The translations under genes were made by a program, and so were the position numbers. The notes beneath the pieces were generated by a model. It was not told the DNA's origin and made no database searches. It saw nothing but the letters and a program-made list of their open reading frames with translations. DNA of 63,668 nt, the filler included, from a bacterium (lineage in GTDB: Bacteria; UBA9089; CG2-30-40-21; SBAY01): assembly GCA_040757115.1 (NCBI GenBank). It is 13 parts of 13 records of this genome, joined end to end, with 100 filler letters (N's around TTAATTAATTAA, not from the genome) between each part and the next. Parts side by side here need not be neighbours in the genome. Positions count along the whole stretch, not along the records: positions 23,336 to 46,477 come from JBFLYA010000043.1; positions 46,578 to 48,105 come from JBFLYA010000429.1; positions 48,206 to 49,730 come from JBFLYA010000430.1; positions 49,831 to 51,343 come from JBFLYA010000431.1; positions 51,444 to 52,943 come from JBFLYA010000432.1; 8 more parts are not named here. The stretch is one strand, 5' to 3'. Shown here in pieces: positions 45,201 to 53,043 of this stretch (position 1 is the stretch's first letter; each line of letters begins with the position of its first letter).

Positions 45201-46130
45201 CCGGCTCCAGACTATCCCGCTGTCCTTATTTATAAAGACGATAAGCCTTATGGAATCGGAACCTACACAATGGATTATGTCAATGGAAGTTATTTTAAAG
45301 GAGCTACTTATTCCAAAACCATCTTTTTAAATGCTACGGGAACCTATAAATATAAGTTTTATGCTAAGGATAATAAAGGGGAAGAGGCAAGAGGACCATT
45401 TACTATTCTGAGAGTGGGACCAAAGGTCAGTCATACCCCAAAGTTAGAATGGGCTGGACAGACAGGTTTCCAAACCGATGGATTAGAGCCACATGAAGGT
45501 ATTGTTCGAGAGACATATTTTACATTTAAAGTAAAATATAAAGATGAAGATGGCGATGCACCTTTGACTGACTATCCTAAAATTTGTATTCTTAATAATG
45601 ATAAGTTAGTCGGAAAGGCTAAGATGGTCGTTGAATCCGGGAATGATTTCAAGACAGGCAAGATTTATTTTTGTATCTTTAGACTAAATGAGGTAAGTGA
45701 TAAATACGAGTATTACTTTGAGGCAAAGGATGCAATGGGTGTAGTTGCTACAGGGACACCAACCTATGAACATCCAGGTCCAAAGGTGAAAGAAAAACCT
45801 CCTTCTTCCCCACAATTTGACCCATTACAAACCCTTGAGTTTCTTGAGATATTCAACTATCCAAATCCCCATACAGGGAAAACCACGATTTGTGCCAGGA
45901 CTAACTTGAATAATGTGCCAGTAACGATGCAAGTTGAGGTATTCAACATTATTGGCGAACTTATCTGGCAAATAGAAAAAAACATAGTTGTGGATAACGA
46001 CGGCATAGCCCAAATTGAGTGGAATAGCCAAAATGAGCAAATAGCCAGCGGTATTTACATTTATAAACTCAGGCTAAGCTATAACGGTAAAACAATGCAA
46101 AAAATAAACAAGATGGGAATAACACGCTAA
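33276..46130 (+). CDS. Giant 4284-aa secreted surface protein: FN3-type domains, about 27 copies of a ~115-aa beta repeat, and a C-terminal FlgD/T9SS-like domain
   Basis: Signal peptide; repeated LxW..GY..DGLEPE.G...FTY.V.Y.D.DN.PP..GYP; C-terminal NYPNP...ASGIYIYKL. Confidence 0.9.
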   Translation: MIKMKRLNLFVSISIIFFSLTKLCEASLPKEIRITNVTDSQIIVSWITDVEETCQVNYGLTHATGLTAYDVRGLLTSDDTHYVKITGLNPETIYYFELVSGATVDNNNGMYYQAKTGADIKRSGLDFAYGRVFKSDAVTYATGAIVYFYLKDGNAQDSPGNSALWSSLVDSNGYWSENLINLRTQDGKEFFEYSVDGGDNLILYGEGAKEGTASLTIFTNQDSPAPDMILTSDRIKPSAITTLTVKQVTSNSIFLNWIAPGDDGNSGQASLYDLRWSYAEINEGNFKNATPVPNLPTPLPAGNQQEFEVKGLLPDTLYYFAIKTRDEAGNWSNLSNIVSGKTLPPPTSMLAWTGEYNFVKDALRLDFGTLGTNFVYMVKYIHPGNLAPQKGEPKIILYKETIPIGTYSLTYVNGTFSTGAIYTYSRVFPEKGEYSYKFYCQGADGEPTLLTKGPIVSDIETGVRITNQTDAQFTVSWRTSQSTTGYIKYGTNIADLNKIGDDDRGQSFSGQTHHVTVKGLEPEKIYYFDVVSGGVVDNNSGNHYIAQTGPSVLASGSDLVYGQVFKQGGEVLAKNSIVYLELKDNDGQDSPLSSAIASALVQDNGYWMADLVNFRTLNLSAPFEYSPTDDLLCIFVQGANEGIGSEIVLTANDSPASPVELCLDTVAPASITTLQVIKAGIGSITLKWQATGDDKTIGTATSYDIRYATFTITESSWGLANEVQLEPAPALPGVFQEFVVKNLNTATTYYFGIKAIDEVWNISELSNIAIGSTTPEIKHPPILDWVGEEEYLKDGVYPDTGNNDMKFTFQVKYIDLDNDAPKSGEPKVIIKSFGTYTMNYVKGTYSTGAIYKYTTFLPSPGTYTYRFFATDASGSPTFTMEGPIVTDIPYRETNITDSQFTISWPSTKLEIGTVNYGTNPDSLILSFSDNRVDDTHHIDVTGLTANTLYYYDVVCGGVKDDNQGFHYKVQTGASIIPTPDYQMVYGKVYKQGCFEYADGAIVYIQLQDKDNKGDLGNSAWASVLVRDGEWRYNLVNLRTANHQSFFDDWSGDKDELYLFAEGALEGTDTLTIFPINGTPAEYMELSRDITLPGTTTLIATNTTPFSVTLFWRAAGDDKKLGTATSYDIRYSKGVIDEDTWATANQVIDEPKPLVAGTEQQLMITDLEPDTLYYFGLKSIDEAGNASSISIATATTKPHPPPALKWINEPNYQEDGLEPEKGSVETVYTYYVDYFHTDNLAPAPGFPKLHILADVYTMVADNPADTNYRDGKRYKYIKIFTLPGTYTYSFEAKDTANVLAQGTPTQISSGPVVGVIPVLTWTKEEGYGTDGLEPEIGAPNTTFTYRINYLHSQNIPPAQGYPKVYISGPVNQSFSMQEVDSQDTDYTNGKFYTFSIALTTMGKYYYHFEVKDTNDFLATTQKMTGPIIANAPVLSWVDADGYKTDGVEPNTGNNKTIFTYKVRYCDVDNNPPDLYYPKLYVLRGGEMVYERKMYRIEGNDYVTGIVYCVQLPLIIASDYYSYYFEAKNARGVLAVGTPTNIHPGPLVNGPNYPPRLQWVGKGEYIADGLNPETGTVGTTFTYQIKYSDMNADPPQSGYPLVYLYRGETLSGTKTMSYLYGSFTNGAVFEATYTFKSTGIYKYKFEAKDKKGLPTYISFKIGPLISTAPTLERGTVTPAVGTINLTTFTYKVTYKDADNDPPNALYPVVHIFKDSKEIIGSPCRMEPENPADITYNDGKVYKFTRIFDQAGSFTYQFEAYDCFGVKATAPPMAPGPIVRSAPTLNWTYEPGYLNDGLEPEGGTIQTIFTYRVNYTDLDNQPPLSNYPVVHILKGGYEILNSPFVLEEVDTLDTIYKDGKLFTLSYSFSGIGTYSYYFEAYDSLNIKGEGPATGTKTGPSIIEGPILKWANEEGYINDGINPSTGTRYVTNFTYKVTYQDPTGYPPATGYPRVHIFRGGNPEHIGGQQMFIKVGDDYKIGVTYTFATTFPIGGKHYTYYFEAKNTKGIFASGEPTNEQEGPIVEGPNFKPTLFWSQKQGFISDGIDPNFGTLKTDFTYQILYQDTNGDPPAIGYPIVYIYKQANLIATATMNFVDGNWAKGANYAYSTTLPQKGEYQYQFKVKDEPGEEVIFPPYSFATGPKISGSPQLWWTQEVGYTSDGLEPETGTKGTIFTYRVVYVDEDNEPPGALFPKLHILKGEVEILAPKMWEANPADTKYDDGKIYKYSISLTSPGTYTYRFEAQDINGLLAVGTPTILQRGPKVIPLPFLDWVGVGQFTSDGLDPEAGTPGTKFTFRIKYIDLDNLPPGIGSPKVVIFSNQPPHTSSVMQAEDIYDDNYTDGKLYGISIFIPQGTYTYKFEAENIEGGKAIGLPAQWQYPGPQVSNAPQVINGRVNPGTGTKDTLFTYIGEYKDIDNDPPATDYPKVCILKNGKEIAGSPFKMNADGNEYKFSTYLPAGINYSYRFIAKDIYGVEGMSQDYGGPFVNNIPVLLWAGDTGYTADGLEPEVGTTGTMFTFLVKYKDIDNDPPGTGSPKVHIFKADQTIPGSPFAMTAVNPEEHYFNGKRYKLVIAFNENGSYSYRFEAEDMYGSPAIGEPVQRVSSGPQVSIQPSLDWLGLEDYITTGVSPNTGTIGTEFVYMIKYTDLDNDPPGTDSPKVDIFKNQVRIADSPFKMDEVYPADTDYTDGKWYKFTKKLPSCGTYSCNFIARDNKGLFASGEPTIIKEGPIITGQPILEWTGKVNYITDGVDPDPGLTSTYFTYQVKYIDINNSAPQPGYPKLYILMDGQIFSPYPYGVTMYRKEGYNYQEGVIYTTPSIRLPFASTKYGYYFVAKNTEGQLAKGTPTLPQTGPTVTGDNNRPMLLWANQSGYIYDGLEPEAGTSGTIFTYLIIYRDLNGDEPFPGNPLLHIYKGDIFFTSTTMKKENGDFYNGALYSYSTVFEQNGNYKYKFSAKDIYGVDCYPSAPTNFKSGPNVGAAPKLMWIGTGSFQSDGLDPETGIVYETIFTYKVKYQDDKNTPPASGYPRVHILKKGMAIDNSPFPMTPIEGGDYQTGKGYQFFKRLVVASAEYTYYFEAKNTSGIYAIGTPTVSINSPDVTGEPLLIWCGDKPEYLTDGLDPEFGTEGTRFTYRVSYRNANNDPPDADSPRVHIFKQGVEIPNSPYLLVEENPADTDYEDGKLYNLTLTLVVGTYTYKFAAESNHGISATGTATFIRQGPQVTLAPQLTWVNKEGYITDGLHPETGSATTPFVYRIIYTDNEPPSAGYPVVHILKAHNEISGSPFVMKQTNPADLIYNDGKEYEFTATLTASGKDYEYFFEAKDIVGISAQTSKINAPVVTNPPELKWVDEDNYRTDGLHPELGTWSTEFIYKVRYQDANNDMPAAGFPKIHILKGGTEISGAPFPMLAVNQYDTNCVDGKDYYFKKTLSATGKDYTYFFEAEDEYGIKAEGTATTKKDAPDVSREPILLWTGNAGFIEDGVEPELGTTGTKFTYQVKYFDPDNDPPTSGFPKLHIYREATFIGSFTMNPVNTIYQYETTLPLGNYSYFFEARDNYGILAVGTPTSLKNKPVVTDAPILDWVDEEGFKTDGVKPDSGNTDINFTYKIKYIDSNNNPPITGYPKVVIFKNVLVLGSFTMKEVDVEDITYTDGKLYYFNLQFAESSIDYLYKFIAKDSNGMDAVGKIELMNGPQVNNPPVLDWTKESGYVSDGIDPNFGTTKEKYIYRVKYTDKDNHPPSAGYPKLYIYSQDVPIQDSPITMNPVDTQDGTYTDGKLYTFETTFEEGTYTYKFEARDIYQATATGVATAIQFGPTVNDAPELIWVDADGFRTDGVDPNIGSTNSRFTYKVLYKDVKNIPPAPGYPRVNLYMGGIFITPSSLLIKENENDNDYTDGVIYGIYDVRYSYASDAYSYRFEAKNNNNVEAIGEATTIHSGPKVEGVNYSPLLLWTGESDYTDGCNPDSGAPDTPFTFHTAYLDINVDPPAPDYPAVLIYKDDKPYGIGTYTMDYVNGSYFKGATYSKTIFLNATGTYKYKFYAKDNKGEEARGPFTILRVGPKVSHTPKLEWAGQTGFQTDGLEPHEGIVRETYFTFKVKYKDEDGDAPLTDYPKICILNNDKLVGKAKMVVESGNDFKTGKIYFCIFRLNEVSDKYEYYFEAKDAMGVVATGTPTYEHPGPKVKEKPPSSPQFDPLQTLEFLEIFNYPNPHTGKTTICARTNLNNVPVTMQVEVFNIIGELIWQIEKNIVVDNDGIAQIEWNSQNEQIASGIYIYKLRLSYNGKTMQKINKMGITR

Positions 46131-46175
46131 AAATAACCAACCACAGAGACTTAAAAAAAGTCTGTGTGAAGATAT

Positions 46176-46477
46176 TTAATTAATACCCTTGATTTCCTCT
46201 ATTGTTAATCCCGTTACCTGTGATATTTTTTCAACTTTCTCTCCTGATTTCAAAAGACTTTTCGCTACTTCTATTTTGCCTTGTTGTAGCCCTTGTTGTA
46301 GCCCTTGTTGTAACCCTTGTTGTAGCCCTTGTTGTAGCCCTTGTTGTAGCCCTTGTTGTATTCCTTGTTTTAACCCTTTTTGTATTCCTTTTTCTATTCC
46401 TTGTTTTAACCCTTGTTTTAAGGCAAACTCTATCGCACCTCTTTGCATTCGGATAAAATCGTGCCGCTTATATTGAA
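46176..46477 (-). CDS. C-terminal fragment of an Rpn/YhgA-like PD-(D/E)XK protein with QQGL repeats (cut by gap)
   Basis: 12-bp tandem repeats encoding GLQQ followed by KIEVAKSLL...ISQVTGLTIEEI. Confidence 0.75.
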
Positions 46478-46577
46478 NNNNNNNNNNNNNNNNNNNNNNN
46501 NNNNNNNNNNNNNNNNNNNNNTTAATTAATTAANNNNNNNNNNNNNNNNNNNNNNNNNNNNNNNNNNNNNNNNNNNN

Positions 46578-47639
46578 ATATTAGGATTAGGACCTATTGA
46601 GCCGTTGCTAAAGGACCCATCTATTTCTGAAATTATGGTTAATGGTCCCAATCAAATCTATGTCGAACGGCAAGGAAAAATAGAACGCACAAAGGTTACC
46701 TTTAATGATAATACACATCTTTTACATATAATTGACCGAATCGTATCACCTATTGGACGACGGGTAGATGAATCAGTTCCTTATGTTGATGCTCGACTTA
46801 AAGATGGTTCACGGGTGAATGTGATTATTCCTCCTTTATCTCTAAAAGGACCTATTTTAACCATCCGTAAATTTTTTAAAGAAAAGTTAGAAATTGGTGA
46901 TTTGATTAGATTTGGCACATTAACGCCCAATATGGGAGAATTCTTGAAGGTATGTGTTGGGGCAAGATTGAATATTATTGTTTCTGGTGGAACAGGCTCA
47001 GGAAAAACAACTACTTTAAATGTTTTATCATCGTTTATACCTGCGGATGAAAGAATTGTGACGATTGAGGATTCTGCGGAATTACAACTTCAACAGGAAC
47101 ATATCATTACACTTGAGACGCGTCCTCCTAATATTGAAGGTAAAGGTGAAATTACCACACGGGATTTAGTGCGTAATGCGTTAAGGATGCGGCCGGATAG
47201 AATTATTGTCGGTGAGGTCCGCAGTGGTGAGGCATTAGATATGTTACAGGCAATGAATACCGGCCATGACGGTTCACTGACTACGGTTCATTCTAATTCC
47301 CCAAGAGATACATTATCCAGAATAGAGACAATGACACTTATGGCAGGTATGGAGTTGCCGGTCAGGGCAATTCGAGAACAAATTGCATCAGCAATTGACT
47401 TGATTGTCCACCAGCAAAGACTCCAGGATGGCAGTAGAAAGATAACTAATATCACTGAAGTTCAAAGTATGGAAAATGATGTCATTGTGCTCCAGGATAT
47501 ATTTGTTTTTGAACAAAAAACAGTAGATGAAAAAGGTAAAGTCATTGGTGAGTTAAAACCGACTGGTATTAAACCTAAATTTTATCCGGTATTTGAAGAA
47601 AGAGGTATTAAACCACCAGCGGGAATATTCATTAAATAA
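46578..47639 (+). CDS. cpaF: Tad/Flp pilus assembly ATPase CpaF/TadA (5' truncated by contig edge)
   Basis: [49 protein letters not shown]. Confidence 0.92.
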   Translation: MLGLGPIEPLLKDPSISEIMVNGPNQIYVERQGKIERTKVTFNDNTHLLHIIDRIVSPIGRRVDESVPYVDARLKDGSRVNVIIPPLSLKGPILTIRKFFKEKLEIGDLIRFGTLTPNMGEFLKVCVGARLNIIVSGGTGSGKTTTLNVLSSFIPADERIVTIEDSAELQLQQEHIITLETRPPNIEGKGEITTRDLVRNALRMRPDRIIVGEVRSGEALDMLQAMNTGHDGSLTTVHSNSPRDTLSRIETMTLMAGMELPVRAIREQIASAIDLIVHQQRLQDGSRKITNITEVQSMENDVIVLQDIFVFEQKTVDEKGKVIGELKPTGIKPKFYPVFEERGIKPPAGIFIK

Positions 47640-47773
47640 ATTGTAATCAAGTAGGTAAGGAGCAAAGGAGGTTATTTTGTAGTTACATAGATAAAAAAAA
47701 TTAAAGAATGCTTATTTTATAAGGGTTTTGGATAAATTAGTAAAATAATTTGCTGAAAATGGCAAAAATGACC

Positions 47774-47802
47774 TTGACAAATTTAAAATTTTGTGGTATA
47801 TT
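47774..47802 (+). promoter_or_regulatory. Sigma70-type promoter
   Basis: TTGACA-17nt-TATATT. Confidence 0.65.
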
Positions 47803-47839
47803 ATCTCTTGTAGAGAATTAAGGTATGAGGAGAAAAAAG

Positions 47840-47881
47840 ATGAAGGAACAAATTCCTATCTATCGTTTTTTTGTGTTCTAA
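47840..47881 (+). CDS. Putative Phe-rich leader peptide MKEQIPIYRFFVF
   Basis: GAGGAG RBS; lies between a promoter and an intrinsic terminator. Confidence 0.45.
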   Translation: MKEQIPIYRFFVF

Positions 47882-47936
47882 AGTCAGGGTTAAACAAGTA
47901 TGGCTTGCCAACCACTATCCTTACGAAGAAAGATAC

Positions 47937-47985
47937 AAAGGCGTGTTTGCGTGAGAAAATAATCAACGCAAAACACGCCTTTTTT
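47937..47985 (+). terminator. Intrinsic terminator/attenuator hairpin
   Basis: AAAGGCGTGTTTGCGT...ACGCAAAACACGCCTTTTTT. Confidence 0.75.
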
Positions 47986-48356
47986 GTTGAAGGAAAGATT
48001 GGAGTCAGACTGACCCCAATACTTCTACCTGTGCTGATTGCCGAATGTTCAGCAGGCAAGTCTGTGTTCTCTGTGGTTAATTTTTGACATTACCGAAAAA
48101 ACTTTNNNNNNNNNNNNNNNNNNNNNNNNNNNNNNNNNNNNNNNNNNNNTTAATTAATTAANNNNNNNNNNNNNNNNNNNNNNNNNNNNNNNNNNNNNNN
48201 NNNNNACGAGCAAACTATGATTTGTAAGTCTATGAAAATCAAGGGGTTATACAACAGGAGGGCAATAAGAAAAAAGTGTATTTGTAACTTCTTGTTAATC
48301 AAGGAGTTATGAATTTCGTGAAAGGCACAATTACCAAAAGGAAGGAGGGTTAAAAG

Positions 48357-48701
48357 ATGTTAGGTCCAGGTGATTACTTAAATCAGGCAGAAGAAGAATT
48401 AAATATTGCCAAAGAACGATTGAAGATGAAGGATTATGATTGGACATTGACTCGAGCTCAGCTCAGTCTTATTAATGCTTTTAAGGCATTGATTGACTAT
48501 AAAGGTAGCCGTCACCGTAGCAATACTCTTACGGGTTTGTTGAATGAAGTTCAAATAGTATGCGATATTCCTACTGATATTTGCCATGCAATTAACGCCG
48601 TAAATACTAAAATGAGTATGCCCAGTGAACGAATTGCCAGATTTGTTACTATGCAAGCAGAAACAGTTTTAGGCTGGGTGATGAGTATGATGGGATACTA
48701 A
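48357..48701 (+). CDS. HEPN domain protein
   Basis: YLNQAEEELNIAK...DYDW...AQLS...AFKALI. Confidence 0.7.
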   Translation: MLGPGDYLNQAEEELNIAKERLKMKDYDWTLTRAQLSLINAFKALIDYKGSRHRSNTLTGLLNEVQIVCDIPTDICHAINAVNTKMSMPSERIARFVTMQAETVLGWVMSMMGY

Positions 48702-48847
48702 GAAAAGACCATAGACCATAGACTATAGACCAAAAACAGAAAATAAGAGGATAGAAGACCATTTCGATTTTTGGGTGTCGATTCGTGAACTTGTCAGGAA
48801 CAGGTTTTATCCGAGAGCGTTCAATTTAAAAAAGGAGGTGAGATAAT

Positions 48848-49327
48848 ATGCCAAAGGTATTAGTTGTTTATTCTTCTAAGAGTAATAATACTAAAAGATT
48901 AGCTCAGGCTATAGTTGATGGAGTGAATGAGGTTGGAGGCGTAGAAGGTGAAATAAAACGGGTAAGTGAAACCTCAAATCAAGACTTAGTGTCAGCAGAT
49001 GGAATTATCGTTGGTTCACCGGTATATTTTGGTAGTATGTCTGCAGAGGTAAAGGAGATGTTTGACAAAAGTGTTGCTATAAGAAGAAAATTAGAAGGTA
49101 AAATAGGAGCGGCATTTACTACCTCAGGACATCATACCGGCGGTAAAGAAACAACTATGTTTTCCATACTTCAAGCAATGCTTATTCATGGGATGATAAT
49201 AGTTGGAGACCCAATTAGTGCAGGTGGCCATTATGGCGTAGCCTGTGTTGGCAGTCCTGATACGGATGGAATAAATTCGGGCAAGGCACTGGGCAAAAGG
49301 GTAGCAGAAATTACAAAAAAATTGTAA
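48848..49327 (+). CDS. Flavodoxin/WrbA-family NAD(P)H-dependent oxidoreductase
   Basis: VYSSKSNNTKRLA, GSPVYFG, GKIGAAFT, GGKETT. Confidence 0.9.
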   Translation: MPKVLVVYSSKSNNTKRLAQAIVDGVNEVGGVEGEIKRVSETSNQDLVSADGIIVGSPVYFGSMSAEVKEMFDKSVAIRRKLEGKIGAAFTTSGHHTGGKETTMFSILQAMLIHGMIIVGDPISAGGHYGVACVGSPDTDGINSGKALGKRVAEITKKL

Positions 49328-49559
49328 CTATTTAGCCACTGATTAACACAGATTGACACGGATAAAATAGAAGGGGTTTAAAATATGAGAAAATTACAGA
49401 AGAGATTATCAAAGTAGCATTTAAACTGGACAATATTTTCTCTTATGGGTTTTGAAAAAAAACTTTATCAAAAAGCCCTACAGAACATTACAGGTTGAAT
49501 TATTACAAAGGATTAAAAATCAGTGTTTCATCCGTGTCCATCTGTGGCTGAATAGTTAC
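49324..49559 (+). mobile_element. GTAAC-family MITE with a decayed GxxExxY fragment
   Basis: GTAACTATTTAGCCAC...GTGGCTGAATAGTTAC; encodes YEKITEEIIKVAFKLDNIFSYGF..KLYQKAL. Confidence 0.75.
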
Positions 49560-49830
49560 TAATTACAAAAACTTTAATGCCGCCTTGATTAATTCCTCAA
49601 TACTATAGCACTTATTAATCGAAATTTGACATAGATATGGCTCTGAAATTCCAAATCACAAATTCCAAATTCCATTTAGTGAATTAGTGAATTAAGCGAA
49701 TTAGCGAATTAGTAAAATCTAATCTCTAATNNNNNNNNNNNNNNNNNNNNNNNNNNNNNNNNNNNNNNNNNNNNTTAATTAATTAANNNNNNNNNNNNNN
49801 NNNNNNNNNNNNNNNNNNNNNNNNNNNNNN

Positions 49831-49883
49831 GAATTTGGTAATATCTTTGCTTCAAGTATTTTAACGCTGAAAGGAAAGAGATA
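49831..49883 (+). pseudogene. 3' end of a four helix bundle gene (also at 54635-54721)
   Basis: EFGNIFASSILTLKGKR* followed by periodic T-rich repeats. Confidence 0.55.
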
Positions 49884-50164
49884 ATTTTACATTTTGATAT
49901 GTAATTTTTATATTTGCTTTTTGCATTTTGATCTTTGGAGGAAATTGATAAAAATAGAGGCTTTAAATACCTGCTTAAAAACTACACAGTTTCCTACTTT
50001 TGCAGAACTCTATTCTAATAATGAGATAGGGAGAATTACTGATAACACTATTAGCCCCATTGATTTCTTCTTAATTCTGTATTCCATCAATGTTCGACCC
50101 TAACTCACTCTACTATTTGCAATGAATGTACTATTCATATATAAGGTCAGACCTCGAAACTATC

Positions 50165-50887
50165 TTACTTTTTCTCTCTTCGTTTTTTCCTCTCAAATAA
50201 TACCGCTATCCAGGTACTAATTTCAAGTAAAAAAACTAATGGTATCGCCATTAAAATTTGGGATATGACATCAGGTGGAGTGAATATCGCCGAGATGATA
50301 AAGATAAGCAAGATGGCATATTTTCTATTGTGCCGCAGGCTTAAGGTGCTTAGCCATCCAACTTGTGTTAAAAATAAAATCACTATTGGCAATTGAAATA
50401 CTATCCCAAATCCTAAGAGGAACATACCCGCAAAAGAAATATATCGGCTAACAGTAATCATTGGTTCTAAAAAATCCGTTTGAAAACCTAATAAAAACTT
50501 TACTCCAATTGGCAATACCACAAAAAACGCAAAGGCAACGCCACAAGCAAATAGAAAAAAAGAAATTGGTGCATAGATTAAAAGAGATTTTCTTTCGTGT
50601 TTTAGTAAACCAGTAGCCATAAACCTCCAGATTTGAAAAAGGATAATAGGAGAAGAAACAAACAACCCTACCCAAAAAGATAGAAACATATATGAAAGAA
50701 ATGCCTCCTGGGGACTGATAAACACAACTTTTCCTATTGGTTTAACGACATAGCCTAATATCTGTTTACTAAAGAAATAAGAAATACAAAAAAAGACAAA
50801 AACAGAAATCAGACATTTAATAATTCTTATCCGTAATTCTTCTAAATGTTCAATAAAACTCATTTTATTTCCATTTTCATTATCCAT
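50165..50887 (-). CDS. tatC: Twin-arginine translocase subunit TatC
   Basis: MSFIEHLEELR, SPQEAF, QIWRF, FQLP, TPPD. Confidence 0.95.
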   Translation of the reverse strand: MDNENGNKMSFIEHLEELRIRIIKCLISVFVFFCISYFFSKQILGYVVKPIGKVVFISPQEAFLSYMFLSFWVGLFVSSPIILFQIWRFMATGLLKHERKSLLIYAPISFFLFACGVAFAFFVVLPIGVKFLLGFQTDFLEPMITVSRYISFAGMFLLGFGIVFQLPIVILFLTQVGWLSTLSLRHNRKYAILLIFIISAIFTPPDVISQILMAIPLVFLLEISTWIAVLFERKKRREKK

Positions 50888-51874
50888 TTCCTGATTAAGA
50901 TACACTATAAACTTATATTTTGTCAAGAAAAAAAGCATTACGAGCGTCTTGTTTTTTTCTTGACAACAGTAGATAATTAGTGTATATTATAATCTAAAAT
51001 TGGTAACTGGTAACTAATTACCATTACACCAGTTACCATTTACCAAGAAGCCTCTCGGATAAAAATAGGAAGTAAGAAATGGGAAATAGGAAGTAAATAA
51101 AACAAAATTCCTACTTTCTACTCTCTACTTAAAAAGTGGGGGTGAAGGAAAAATTTGCGGTGTGCGAAGGCTAATAAAATTACCGCTTAATTTTATCCGA
51201 GAGCGTTCTTACCAAATAGGGCTTCACGAAATTCCCTCTCACCCAAATATAGAAAAGATTAGAGGTGGAGGACAGATATTCCCCCTTAATAAAGGGGGTT
51301 AGGGGGTTGTAAGTATATAAAGGGGGTTAGGGGGTTGTAAGTANNNNNNNNNNNNNNNNNNNNNNNNNNNNNNNNNNNNNNNNNNNNTTAATTAATTAAN
51401 NNNNNNNNNNNNNNNNNNNNNNNNNNNNNNNNNNNNNNNNNNNCTCAAATACCAGGGTAAGGCAAGGTGCTTCAATTAAGACCTCCGTATGTTAATGTTA
51501 TAAAAAAAGCGCTTGACTAAAATAAACCAGGGGTTAGGGGAGATTTTATAAATCATAACTGTTTTAGGCTTTTATTATACGAAAGCATAGTTACTGCCAG
51601 GAGTTTTCAAATCCCCCCTCGCCCCCCTTTGCTAAAGGGGGGATAATAAGGAGCATGCCCTTAAGAGCATTTTATCCACACTCTTGCACGATGAGCCATT
51701 TTTCATGGCCGACCGACCTGCCTATGGCGTAGATAAGAGAACACAAATTTCAAACTTTCAGCGATTCCGCCTCAGCGGACCAGCAAAGACCAGAGATAGA
51801 CAACACATTAAGCTGAAAGCTGATAGCTGAGCGCTGACCGCTTCGGCCGGAAAAACGAGGTTATTGGATGGAGG

Positions 51875-52144
51875 CTATTTAAACGTATAAACCTTCCGTA
51901 TGGGTTCGATCACCTTCCAGGTGCATTTAAGCCCCTTGGGAAAGGTAACCAGGTCTCCCTTGTTGATCTCAACCGTGCCTGACGGGGTTTTCACCTCTAC
52001 TCTGCCTTCAAATACATAGGCCGTCTCTTCAGAGTCGTACTCCCAGTCAAAGGCGCTCGGTTCACATGACCAGGGGCTCCATTTATCTATACCCAGGGTA
52101 TCCAGCTCTTCCTTAGATGGTTTTTTGATTTTTATCTCAGACAT
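51875..52144 (-). CDS. Cupin-3 (DUF861) family protein
   Basis: WSPWSCEPSAFDWEY, GDLVTFPKGLKCTW. Confidence 0.9.
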   Translation of the reverse strand: MSEIKIKKPSKEELDTLGIDKWSPWSCEPSAFDWEYDSEETAYVFEGRVEVKTPSGTVEINKGDLVTFPKGLKCTWKVIEPIRKVYTFK

Positions 52145-52737
52145 GATATGACCTCCATTTTCTTAGGATCAAAACTTTATTATTACTCCGGCAATTAAAA
52201 AGCCTAAATCCCCCCCCTCACCCCCCTTTAGAAAAGGGGGGATGGGGGGATTTGGCAAGCTTATGTATGCATTTAGATGCCGTTGTAATATAATCCTATA
52301 CGCCATATTTTTAAATGAGGCATAATTATTTTGCAATCGCAAAATCAGGAATGTGATTAACACATAACTTAGCCAATGATACTTAACCAGGGAGGAGGAC
52401 AGCGGACTACTTGGGCGGGCCTTTTGCCTCTTTGATGGTAAGGCTTTTGCTGTGCAGGAGACCGATTCTTAGCTTGGAGTTTTCTCATAAAATGCTGAAG
52501 GGATTTTGAGCATTCGGAGTTATCCCAACAACGTGTTAACATTACAAATTGAATGATATACAGAAAGGAAATACGGAAATAAAAAAGCTTGTCAAGGATA
52601 TTTTAAATGGAATATAAATACCTTACGCTAAATACTGAGTGATTTTGGCAATACGGAGGTGCCGGAGGGTTCCCTTCAACTTCCGGAGATATACAGAAAC
52701 TGTAGAATAACTTGTTGTGTTCTCAATAATTAAATAA

Positions 52738-52943
52738 GGGTCATAACTAGAACAGCACTTTAAAAAGTGTGCTAACATCTGGTTATGACGTTAAAAAATA
52801 GGTACGCAAATCGTTTAAAAAATTCAGAGGCTAAAATCCGTCAAATCGTGAACCTTTTTTCACTGGATTTGAATGCCTCTCAGATTACTCAAATCACCGG
52901 TCTTAACCGGAATACTATCAACCGATATCTCTCGGAAATTCGA
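52738..52943 (+). mobile_element. IS1595-family element left end and transposase start
   Basis: MTLKNRY...SEAKIRQIVNLFSLDLNASQITQITGLNRNTINRY (HTH); cut by gap. Confidence 0.75.
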
Positions 52944-53043
52944 NNNNNNNNNNNNNNNNNNNNNNNNNNNNNNNNNNNNNNNNNNNNTTAATTAATTAAN
53001 NNNNNNNNNNNNNNNNNNNNNNNNNNNNNNNNNNNNNNNNNNN

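Noticed and set aside
52752-52777. CIRCE-like inverted repeat (AGCAC...GTGCTAA)
   Set aside because: Spacing and sequence deviate from TTAGCACTC-N9-GAGTGCTAA, and it lies within an IS1595 end.
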